DNA of 63,825 bases, the filler included, from Aduncisulcus paluster (Eukaryota), in the NCBI GenBank assembly GCA_024181965.1. It is 5 parts of 5 records of this genome, joined end to end, with 100 filler letters (N's around TTAATTAATTAA, not from the genome) between each part and the next. Parts side by side here need not be neighbours in the genome. Positions count along the whole stretch, not along the records: positions 33,809 to 59,119 come from BQXS01010984.1; 4 more parts are not named here. The stretch is one strand, 5' to 3'. The stretch's first letter is position 1. The number at the start of each line of letters is the position of its first letter. Shown one piece after another: positions 33,809-43,454 of the stretch. The translations under genes and the position numbers were made by a program. The notes beneath the pieces were generated by a model that made no database searches, was not told the origin of the DNA, and saw only the letters and a program-made list of their open reading frames with translations.

Positions 33809-34607
33809 TGATCAAAAGATAGAAATTGAAGGAGAAGAGAAAATAGAAGAAGAGGAAGAGGAAAAAGAAGAAGAAGAGGACGAAGAGGACGAGGAAGAAG
33901 AGGACGAAGAGGAAGAGGAAGAGAAAGAGAAAGAGGAAGAGGAAGAGGAGAAAGAGGACGAGGAAGAAGAGGAGGAAGAGGAAGAGGAAGAAGAGGAAGA
34001 GAGCGAAGTTTCTGAAAAGAAGGAAAATATTGTGGTGTCTAATGAGTCTTCAAAGAGCGATGAAAAGGAAATTGTGTTCGCAAATAGAATAGAAAAAGAA
34101 AGAAAAGCCAAAGATGATTCTTCAGATGGAAAGACAGACGAAAAACATATTCAAGAAGAAGATAAGGAGCATAAAGTTGTTATTTATGAGGATGTTACAG
34201 ATGAAAGATCACCATCGAGAGACACTCATTCTCATGATGAAAATAGAAATGCTGAGAAGGAACTCTCCCATGGTATTTTTAATCCTGATGTGTCCGAAGC
34301 CACTGTTGGAGGTCCTATTCCCGTTCCTGGATCTCCGATGGCCATTGTTGACGATTCGGGTGAGAGATCCCTGCCCTCCGTGCTTCCCAAGGTTTGTTCA
34401 AGGGGGTCAAGCAGTGTAAGCATCCTTGACGAACCCAGTGATCCAGCCCTCGATATTGCTGACGTTGGACTTGATCAAGCAGATCTCGATGAGCTTCAGG
34501 GGGAAGATATTCCCGTTGGGAAGAAAGATGAGGTGACAACGAAAGAGGATGAGGTTGAAATGGGTCAAACTCTTGGAGGTAAGGATAAGGGATGTGCATG
34601 TTGTTAG
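33809..34607 (+). CDS. C-terminal fragment of a Glu-rich protein ending in a lipidation-type motif (KGCACC*); 5' end cut by linker
   Basis: Frame is open from the linker through a poly-Glu tract to TAG at 34607. Confidence 0.7.
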
Positions 34608-35041
34608 AGATTTTTGAGAAAGTTTTTCTTTTTTCAGATGTATCAAAATAGAAATCTATTTTCTATCATTTTTTATTTCGCTTCTTTTTGGGAATTGTAT
34701 CAAAACTCAATTGAATGCAATTGACAATATTCTTGTCGAATAATCTAGGTTAAATTTGAAATTTTATCAATAATTTCATTATCCCTGATTTAAATTCATT
34801 TCGTAATAAACTTCGTTCTTCATACCACATGGACATTAAGATATCTTATGATAAACGGCAGGAATGGTTGGAGGATTACCGGGGGGCACTTGATTCATTC
34901 ATGGACAGGTCAGACACGGTAAGAATACTATCGTGCGTGGCGTGAAGAGGAGCGGCAGATCGTCCGTCCACGGGCTGGGAATCTTGGAGAAGTATTTATG
35001 ATAAGAACAATTTTATATAATATTTTCAAGCAAAAATAAGG

Positions 35042-35884
35042 TTATTTTTTTCTACAATCAAGAATTATTTCCGATCCAGCAGAACAATCCACAACTTGGG
35101 ATGGAAAGGCTTTTCTAATTTCACTACAAATTGTATGATCGGTACAATGATTCATTCCTATAATATCAACATCTTTAAGTAGGGATTTTATGCTTGAAAT
35201 ACGTGATATATCGTGATGTTTGAGATGAGTACCACCAATAATAGCAAAAATATGATGACACGTAGTTATCTTTTGAATATATGAGATAGTGTTTGAAAGT
35301 CCAGAGTGACAACACCCTAAAATGATGATTAATCCCCGAGGAGAAACACAATAAAGAGCCTGATCGTCCATAACATCATCAATAATTCTACAATCCTTAT
35401 CTTTGAAGAAGGTGCTTGTATCCGCTTCATCGGGTATTTCTCTAGGAATTTCACCAGTACAATATATTCCAGGTATAATTTCACTCACAGATCTTTGTGT
35501 ATGCCATCCAATTTTATGAGCTAGAAGTTTTGAACGAACCTCGGCTGGGATTGCAATGCTGTGAAGATGTCCACGAGATGTAGACCATTTTTCTTCAATA
35601 GCTGTCGGGTGAAAATATATTTGAGGGCTCTTAATTTGGCTTAAAGCATAAGAAAGCCCACCTGTATGATCATAATGCCCATGGCTCAAAACTATGGCTG
35701 AAGTATCAGATAGATGGATTTTTAACTTTTTTACGTTATTTTTGAAGGCAAGGCCCTGACCAGTATCAAATAGAATGTTTCCGTGGTCTGATTCTATCCA
35801 AAAAGATAACCCGTGTTCTGCCAATAGTCCAGATTTTTTAACACAATTATCAACAACGACGGTAATTTTTAGAGAGGTGAGCAT
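35042..35884 (-). CDS. Prokaryote-type MBL-fold metallo-hydrolase (DHPS-like/MJ0448 group)
   Basis: ITVVVDN, AEHGLS, LFDTGQ, VLSHGHYDHTGGL, DDQAL, GCCHSG, IGGTHL and HCT motifs; intronless; ATG at 35884. Confidence 0.88.
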   Translation of the reverse strand: MLTSLKITVVVDNCVKKSGLLAEHGLSFWIESDHGNILFDTGQGLAFKNNVKKLKIHLSDTSAIVLSHGHYDHTGGLSYALSQIKSPQIYFHPTAIEEKWSTSRGHLHSIAIPAEVRSKLLAHKIGWHTQRSVSEIIPGIYCTGEIPREIPDEADTSTFFKDKDCRIIDDVMDDQALYCVSPRGLIIILGCCHSGLSNTISYIQKITTCHHIFAIIGGTHLKHHDISRISSIKSLLKDVDIIGMNHCTDHTICSEIRKAFPSQVVDCSAGSEIILDCRKK

Positions 35885-35975
35885 GTAAATGAAATTTTTC
35901 ACTATTACAAATCAAAAATTTCATTCCGCTCCGTGACGGCTTGAAGCCCTGTCTGATTAGTTTCAAATATAAAGT

Positions 35976-36800
35976 TTATTCGTTTAGCTCTCCACGAAGT
36001 AAAGATATCTTTTCCCTCATTTCCCTATCATCGTAGATATATTCGCCCTTTTCATCCATAAGCGATCCTGTGGCTTTTGAAAGCATTGAATTGGCCTCTG
36101 AGTTTCTTTTAGCTCTAAGGCACACTATAGCATAATTTATACGTACTAAAGCACAGTCTGACATGCTGATTGACCTTCTGAATGCATTATTAGCGTTCTT
36201 ATGATCTCCAAGACGACTTACAGCAATACCAAATAACATTAACAGAGCAGGATGGTTAGGTTTCAATCCAATGGCAGCACTTAACTGCCGGAAAGCATCG
36301 ACATCACGCTCACAGAACAAGCATACGAGACCTAGGTTATATCTAATCCGCCAATTCAAGGGCGCCAAGGTTGAAGCCTTGAACAAACATCCAAGTGCAC
36401 GTAAACTATGTCCTTTACACACAGAAGGGTTTGATTCATTTTGGCGACATAGACCATAGTAACCCATACCAATATTGTTCCAAATAAAGGGATGTTCAGG
36501 GATATGGAAGATAGATATACGATATTTCGACAAGGCTGGCATGATATCTCCCTTTTGTTGAATAATACATGCGGCCATAAACGCACATTCAGGATCACTA
36601 GGGTTTCGAGTGAGGGCATTTCCAATAAATTGAAAGGCTTCAGAACTCAACCCCATTTGGAGGCAACACTTTGCAGCTTCTCGCAATGGAGCTATGCTAT
36701 GCGGTTCAGACGCAGCAGCTTCTTTAAATTGAGCAAGACAATTCTGGAAGTGTAAATTATATTGCTCTGTATCTCCTTTTCTATTCGCTGCATCGGCCAT
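35976..36800 (-). CDS. BBS4: BBS4 (BBSome TPR subunit), C-terminal part only; homology extends to ~36957 across an in-frame TAA
   Basis: AFQFIGNALT, ALSKYR, WNNIGM, APLNWRIRYNLGLV, AFRQLSAAI and INYAI match BBS4; first in-frame ATG at 36800. Confidence 0.75.
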   Translation of the reverse strand: MADAANRKGDTEQYNLHFQNCLAQFKEAAASEPHSIAPLREAAKCCLQMGLSSEAFQFIGNALTRNPSDPECAFMAACIIQQKGDIMPALSKYRISIFHIPEHPFIWNNIGMGYYGLCRQNESNPSVCKGHSLRALGCLFKASTLAPLNWRIRYNLGLVCLFCERDVDAFRQLSAAIGLKPNHPALLMLFGIAVSRLGDHKNANNAFRRSISMSDCALVRINYAIVCLRAKRNSEANSMLSKATGSLMDEKGEYIYDDREMREKISLLRGELNE

Positions 36801-36959
36801 AATAAAATAAAGATGGCCAAATTCTATATATGTTTGAAGTTTTCGACCCAAAGACAATGCTTTGGACAAGAAATAAGATGCTTTGGGATATTAATAATCC
36901 TTCAGAGCAACCCATGAAATTCCAATAAGATGATGAATATGCCAATTAGAAACCGTTTC

Positions 36960-37001
36960 TTTTGAGCAGAATTAATAAGAAAAAATTAAGGTTTTAGGTG
37001 A
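36960..37001. repeat. Copy 2 of the ~45-bp dispersed element
   Basis: Matches 5021-5065. Confidence 0.6.
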
Positions 37002-37093
37002 TTCTGGCGCCGGTAGATAGATCTACTATTTTCGTTTCCGTTTTGATGCCTTACAGAAATATTAAAGAATTTATTATATAACATATTTTCATA

Positions 37094-37906
37094 ATGCCAA
37101 AAGGGTCCAAAGAAAAGTTTGAAGATTACCTCGCAAAGCATAATATTCCTATATTCCTTCAAGATAGCCTTCTCGTTCTATTGCAAAACAAACCAAAAGA
37201 TCCCATCGAATTTCTCTTTCATTATTTTGATGCTGTTGTTATGGGTTTTGAGCATATTGACAAAGCATATCGTCTAATCTCTCTCTCAAAGTTTGGTGAT
37301 GATGATTTTTTAAAAAATGTATCTTCCGCCTTTTTTGTACTCAGTGAAGCACCTGATGGACTTGTTGGGAAATCATTAAATTTAATTTTAGATATAATAT
37401 TTAAAGATATTGATGTTCGTTGGGATAAGAGAATCCATGATTCTCTGTATTTACCCGAAGAAGAAAAATTAACCTTACCAATTTTTATTAACTCAATATG
37501 TGCTGCATATTCCCTTCTTGAAACCATTACTCTTTCAAAGCTTGTTTTTGATGGCCTTGATACGGCTGGAATGGGATTGCTCTCAAAAGATATGCAAACC
37601 GAGCTCTCGAGTTTGGTTGAAGATTCCATTGATATTGGAACAGCTGCAGCTGTTCTTCCAAGATCTATTCATCCTTCAAGGGATAAATATTTCGATGATA
37701 GTTCCATAACTGATGTGGGACAAATTGAAAGTGGGAAAGTTAGGGTTCCGTGTAACCAATTTCAAAAAATATTTGAACTTGATTGTGGATTAATGCAAGA
37801 TATGATTGATGAACTTGCGAGTGACAAACAGAAGACTACAACCCAAACTCATACTTGTACCGAACAAGTTTATACAAGAACGATTATAGATTCACTATTT
37901 GAATAA
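37094..37906 (+). CDS. TPGS1: Tubulin polyglutamylase complex subunit 1-like protein (RIIa/DPY30-type dimerisation domain)
   Basis: YLAKHNI..FLQD.L..LL..KPKDPIEFL.HYF followed by FLKNVSSAF..L...GLVG, as in TPGS1. Confidence 0.6.
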   Translation: MPKGSKEKFEDYLAKHNIPIFLQDSLLVLLQNKPKDPIEFLFHYFDAVVMGFEHIDKAYRLISLSKFGDDDFLKNVSSAFFVLSEAPDGLVGKSLNLILDIIFKDIDVRWDKRIHDSLYLPEEEKLTLPIFINSICAAYSLLETITLSKLVFDGLDTAGMGLLSKDMQTELSSLVEDSIDIGTAAAVLPRSIHPSRDKYFDDSSITDVGQIESGKVRVPCNQFQKIFELDCGLMQDMIDELASDKQKTTTQTHTCTEQVYTRTIIDSLFE

Positions 37907-38165
37907 AATCTTCTTACTTATCCCTTGTTTAAATTACCATAACACTGGATTGTGGAAAGATGAAAATCATTTTTCAAGAGATAAACTAGTTAGTAACTTT
38001 TTCAAGACTCTTGAATCAAGAGCTTATAGCACATCACAAATGAATAAAGTTGAAAATTACCATTTCATCTTCAGAGTACTCATTTTCTCTTCCGGTAGGG
38101 CCGGTAAATGCCGAACTCCCCAATTCAATTGGCTTAATTCATGATTTTTCTTTGAAACTCACAAG

Positions 38166-39221
38166 ATGTACGAAGAATACTCTAGTTCTTCAAGTTCTGA
38201 TGAGGAGATTCCTTTACGCACATATCGAAGTGGATATATCCCGATAATTTTGAAGTTTCAACCAGGGGGACTAATTCCTGGTAAATCCTACTTCCTAAAG
38301 ACATCTTCCCACCCAATGCCGATTGAAGTGATGACTTACAAAGTCAAAAGAAAATTCAAGGGGTATTATTGTCCTATTATTGCACCCTCAACAGAAATAC
38401 CAATTTTTGTGATCAACAGCGAAGGAACACGAATTGTCGATGCACTAAACGGAATTTATGGAGTTAAATATAAGAAAGAAATTGGAGAATATGTTTTAAA
38501 TCCAAGAAAATGTGCAAAGGTTTCCTCTTGGAGCAAACTATCCTCTTGTCTTCATTATGAAGATGTGGTTCCCAAAGAAATTATTCAGTTTTGGAAAAAT
38601 GAATGTATATCCAGTGAAATCAAAGCGGAAATTACAACATTTGAGTCATTTTTGCATTCTTTTTGCTTCAAAATGAAACACGGAATAACTAAAGAATTAT
38701 TATCTTCCTTTCATATTAAGTTTGGTGCCAACAAAGTTGAAAAACCACAAACTCAAGAAACCTCTCCACCAAAAGAAAGAATTTCAACACCCTTATTAGA
38801 CATTGACTCTTCCTCTCCAAAATCAGATTCCCCGGGTCCAATAGATCATTCCCCAACGCCTAAACTCAAAAAAAATGAAGACATCTCCGGTATCTGTGAA
38901 ACCAAACCCTCAAAAACACCAGATTCTTTGAAAGTGGAGTCCACAAAACTACAAAGTGGAATATATGATGAAGTCGAAGAAGAATCAACTTCCATCATCT
39001 CTTCCTCTTCTTCAGAACCCCGAGCGCCCCCCCTCAAACCCAAAGAAAATGGAGGAACCGACCCCACCGATTCTATTATCCTCGATTGTCGTTCCGACAG
39101 AAGAACTGTCTTCATCAGATTCTGTTCCTGTCCCAAATCCTATCCACGAGCATCATATTCAAGTTCAAACCACCAGCGCAACAACATCAGCAAAGTCTTG
39201 CATTGTTACAAACCTCGATGA
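38166..39221 (+). CDS. Segment 1 (N-terminus) of giant midasin-like AAA+ gene
   Basis: 351-aa ORF overlapping the next ORF; coding sense appears to switch +1 near the C7 run at 39027-39033. Confidence 0.55.
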   Translation: MYEEYSSSSSSDEEIPLRTYRSGYIPIILKFQPGGLIPGKSYFLKTSSHPMPIEVMTYKVKRKFKGYYCPIIAPSTEIPIFVINSEGTRIVDALNGIYGVKYKKEIGEYVLNPRKCAKVSSWSKLSSCLHYEDVVPKEIIQFWKNECISSEIKAEITTFESFLHSFCFKMKHGITKELLSSFHIKFGANKVEKPQTQETSPPKERISTPLLDIDSSSPKSDSPGPIDHSPTPKLKKNEDISGICETKPSKTPDSLKVESTKLQSGIYDEVEEESTSIISSSSSEPRAPPLKPKENGGTDPTDSIILDCRSDRRTVFIRFCSCPKSYPRASYSSSNHQRNNISKVLHCYKPR

Positions 39222-40365
39222 AGAGTCCTCTAGTTCTTATTCCAGTTCTATCATATCATCATCCGAACCTGAAACAACTACTTCACATCCAATTTACCAT
39301 TACATTAAATCCGATGAAATTTATGGGTTTGATTCATATTCTCCAAATTTCTGTGTTATTGATGTTATCGTTTCTGGAGATTTATCCGGATATTATCTGG
39401 TGTCTGCCCTGGATAATTGGCAAGGAACTCAAGGTATGATAGGTATTGCCGAAGGAAACTCTCATTTCAAATACCCAATGTTGATAAAATTCAATCCAGA
39501 TTTTGTTGAAGGAGAAGATATTTTGCAATTTAAGCTATACAATACCGATAAAGATGATTGGAAAACAATTCATGATGACCAGTCTTTTCCAATTGCTTTG
39601 CATAGCGAAACCTCAAATAACAGTGTATCATTAGCCCTTATTCACGCAGAACAGCAAAGATCAACCGAGATTTATTCCCCAACAACTCATATTGATCGAA
39701 TCATGTCATGTTTTGCTCAACGAACTCTTGGCTTGAGATCTCTCACAATTCCTTTCTTTGAGTGTGATTTCTTCTCAATGTGGTATGAATCCCTTGTTGA
39801 AGCGTTGATTCTTCTTTGTATCGATTTCTTGACATTTATGCCTAAGAAAAGAAAAGTTGAAGAATTTATGAAATTCTTGGATACATTTTTCTTCAAACTC
39901 TCTCTTTCTGAAGATGATTTCGGATGTATTTTTGTAAATGACGACGAATATAAGAAATTAATTGAAAAAGTATTTTTTCAAGCCAAAAATATCCTAAAGG
40001 TCAAAAAGAAGGACAAAACCCACAAGATTGCGCTTGAGAACTTGCGAAGCAAAAAGAGAGCTGAAATAGTACAGAGAAAAAAATCACAAGTATCAAAAAA
40101 ACCAAATTATGCTCTGAATCTAAATTTGGACAATACATATCTCCTTCTTCTAAAAATCCCTTTTCAACAATATTATCCGTCTCTCAAGGGAAAGCAAAAC
40201 GAGCGAAAAAACAACTTTCTAAAGAACAACTCTTTGATAAAGAAATGGAACTTTCTTGTTTTGCTTTATTTCCGTCCCATCCAGTTTCTGAGTCGCTCCT
40301 TCGTCAAAAGCAAGAGACTATTCGTCAAGAAGTTTCTTGGGATGTTTCAACAGCTTCCCAATTAA
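38956..40365 (+). CDS. Segment 2 of giant midasin-like gene, with a possible carbohydrate-binding-module-like domain
   Basis: YYLVSALDNWQ...LQFKL....DDW pattern at ~39350-39570; coding sense appears to switch -1 near the A7 runs at 40077-40101. Confidence 0.55.
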   Translation: MEYMMKSKKNQLPSSLPLLQNPERPPSNPKKMEEPTPPILLSSIVVPTEELSSSDSVPVPNPIHEHHIQVQTTSATTSAKSCIVTNLDEESSSSYSSSIISSSEPETTTSHPIYHYIKSDEIYGFDSYSPNFCVIDVIVSGDLSGYYLVSALDNWQGTQGMIGIAEGNSHFKYPMLIKFNPDFVEGEDILQFKLYNTDKDDWKTIHDDQSFPIALHSETSNNSVSLALIHAEQQRSTEIYSPTTHIDRIMSCFAQRTLGLRSLTIPFFECDFFSMWYESLVEALILLCIDFLTFMPKKRKVEEFMKFLDTFFFKLSLSEDDFGCIFVNDDEYKKLIEKVFFQAKNILKVKKKDKTHKIALENLRSKKRAEIVQRKKSQVSKKPNYALNLNLDNTYLLLLKIPFQQYYPSLKGKQNERKNNFLKNNSLIKKWNFLVLLYFRPIQFLSRSFVKSKRLFVKKFLGMFQQLPN

Positions 40366-43249
40366 TTCCTTGTTCTTTGGACTCAGAAATAGCATATTTC
40401 CTCCCGATATCACTTGATAATACATATTTTCATCTGAGAAGTGCTGAAGTTCAAGAAAAAGAAAAAAAAGATGATCAAATGGAATTGGAAAGGTATAATA
40501 TTCCCCCCATTTCTTCGAGAAAAATGAAAAAAATAGACTCTCATTCATTGAAAAATAACATGGGCATGCCTTGTTTGATTGTTTTTATTCCATCAAGTGC
40601 ATTTTCATTAGATTCTTTTTTGTCAGAAAAACAATTTTCTTTTTTCCAAAGGAATTGTTTTTCATACATCACCATTGAGTATACTCAGAGCCCATCCATT
40701 TCCTCTCTCTCTGCCAAATTGATTTCTTCAATTCTATATCAATCTCTCAAAAAGAAGAAAGGAAATGTTTCAGCCATTATGGGGCAATTTTCAAAAAACC
40801 CATGGAAATCTCCAAATCAATACCTAAAATCCATAAAAAGTTTGATTTTTGCTGAACTTGACAAGGTTGAAACTACTCTTGATACGGAAGTGTCTAGAAT
40901 TTGGAATTGTAACATTATGCCAAATCCCACCTGTTTCCCAAATATCCAGGACATTTCTTCAAGTCATTTAGAAAAAATACAGATTCTTTCACTCCAAAAT
41001 GTTGTTATAGGTGAGATTTGTGATCCTCATATCAGTTCATTCTTCAAGATGATTTGCTCTCTCCTTGAAAATGAATGGTGGTATGTAAGAATTTGTGTAA
41101 AATATAAATCTGTTGACAAAGAAAGAGGCTCAAGAAAAGAATCCTGTGCTTTATCATCAAGTTTGGTCATGAAAGCTTCTTCTGAACCATTAGTACCAAG
41201 TTCTTCCAGTATTCGAAAGACCTTACAGGTCGAAAAATCAAAATATCATTCAGTGAATACTGATAATATTGAACAATTGCCATCAGTTGACCATGATAAT
41301 GTGAGAATTCGAATGTGTGAATTCGACGATTCAAAACTTGGAACAGATTTTATCCTCACTGAGAAAGCTAAAAAACGTATCCAAACAATCATAACTTCAA
41401 TTGAATGTGGAATTCCTTTATTATTGGAAGGAGACACTGGTACAAGCAAAAGTTTTAGTGTTGAGGCGACTGCTCAGGTTCAAGGTTTGAGTTTGTCAAG
41501 TGTTAAAACCAAAATCGAAGAAGAACGTGAAAATGCAGATGGAAAACCTATTCGTCGACTTCTACGTTTTAATCTCTCATCTCAAACAACAAAAAATGAT
41601 CTCATTGGGCGAGAAGAGTGGTGTGGAGATGCGATCCAACCATACCAATTCAAAAAGGGGGCTTTTCTTGAGGCTTTCGAAAATGGACATTATATTCTTT
41701 TAGATGAATTAAATTTAGCACCCGATAGTGTTTTACAATGCATTGAGACATGTTTGGATAGTGGATCATTGTGGGTTAAACAACTCGATGAAACAAAAGA
41801 ATATATTATGCACCCAAATTTCAGATTAATTGCAACTCAAAACCCTCCTCGTGGAATGTTTAGTGGAAAACGAAAAGAATTAAGTTCTCAATTCCTTTCT
41901 CGTTTTCGAAGAGTAACGTTCAGCAATTTGACTGTGGAGGAATGTGAAACGATCGCTCAAAGATCAAATCCAAAATTATCATCTCATCAAAGGAATTTAC
42001 TTGCAAGAGCTCACACATTTCTATGCTCCATGAATATTCCCTTGTCAATTCCAAATGTTTATACATTGAGAGATATGATTGGAGTTGCAAAAGCAATTGG
42101 GATTGAGCACGATGATTCAAGGTTTTCTTTTGATAAAATTCTGTTTTTATATTATCTTGGAGCATTTTCAAAGGGTGAATTGAAGCAAATCCTCGATATT
42201 TCGAACGCACCCGACTATTTGACTAGTACATTTTATGCTCTCACGGCTGAAACTTCACCTAAACCTGCGATAGCATCTTTAATCCATGTTTCTTTCCCAA
42301 TCATTGAATCAAATCGAGAAAGACAAAGATGTCTGAATGACTTTGATGCAAAGTGTGAAGCTGAGAAAAAAGATCCTTCTCATTCGCACCTATTTTCAGA
42401 AAATAGTGTACTTTCTCATGTTTCTCCTATTTCCTATTCTTCTGTGAAGATAGAATGTTATATGTTGTCCCGGCATGAAAAACTCATTCAAGATGCAATT
42501 GATGGTGCTATTTTGGGTCGACACGTTCTATTTGTTGGACAGCCGAATAGTTGTCTCTCTTTCCTTGCTACTGAAGCTCCATATCGATACAAAATGGGTC
42601 ATGGAACACCTTATCTTATTCCTTTTACCTCCGATACTGATATCTCTGTGATGCTCGGTCAATCATTACCAATTACAAAAATGAGTGATGGAAAAAGAAT
42701 TCAAACTGTTGAGTGGCAAGATGGACCGATTGTATCAGCGCTAAGATCCGGAGATGTATGTATTCTCGACAATGTTGATCGAGGTGATCAAACGATTACT
42801 GAGAGATTAAATCCAATCCTTGAGAAAAATTTGAGGATGGAGGAAAAAGGTCGGGTATTTGAGCTTACAGAGGCTCCAGATGATCATCAAGCCGTTGAAA
42901 TTGATTCATCTTTCCGTTTCTTTGGGACTGCCTCCATCACCGATCGTGGTTTGAATTTATCTCCTGCGTTCCTGAATAGGTTCCTCGTAATCCGTGTTGA
43001 TCCTCTTTCAAAGGCAGAATTTTTAGATTTTGTAAAGAGTATTGTACTTGTTTGGAATTCTATCCTCACAAAATTACTTTTAGAATCACCATTGGAAGAA
43101 ACTGAGTTGGAAGAAGAAGAAATGTTTGAATCTTCCGATGAAATTGAAGATGAACTTCTTAATTCTAATTTCATCAAAAAGAAAACATCAGATTCCCCTT
43201 CTCAAGATGAGAAACAAAAAGAAAAAGAGGAAGAAGAAGAGAAAGGAGC
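40245..43249 (+). CDS. Segment 3 of giant midasin-like gene: AAA modules 1-2
   Basis: PLLLEGDTGTSKS, RFNLSSQT...DLIG, ILLDELNLA, HPNFRLIATQNP, LSRF; second module has a degenerate Walker A plus ILDNVD and LSPAFLNRF. Frame is open from ~40065. Confidence 0.85.
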
Positions 43250-43454
43250 NNNNNNNNNNNNNNNNNNNNCTCACAAAATTACTTTTAGAATCACCATTGG
43301 AAGAAACTGAGTTGGAAGAAGAAGAAATGTTTGAATCTTCCGATGAAATTGAAGATGAACTTCTTAATTCTAATTTCATCAAAAAGAAAACATCAGATTC
43401 CCCTTCTCAAGATGAGAAACAAAAAGAAAAAGAGGAAGAAGAAGAGAAAGGAGC
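43065..43454. other. Assembly artefact: 43065-43249 duplicated at 43270-43454 around a 20-N gap
   Basis: Direct comparison; removing 205 nt fuses segments 3 and 4 in frame. Confidence 0.92.

Noticed and set aside
35925-35960. SECIS element or box C/D RNA (GTGAC...CTGA)
   Set aside because: The stem is too short and there is no adjacent plus-strand gene with an in-frame TGA.
36885-36900. Hexamitid-type genetic code (TAA/TAG = Gln)
   Set aside because: Conserved genes here end at TAA or TAG in the expected place (SmG, PLPBP, polo kinase, PF16), and long ORFs contain no internal TAR.
36980-36995. U12-type intron branch point (CCTTAAT)
   Set aside because: No RTATCCTT donor upstream, and the match is short in AT-rich DNA.
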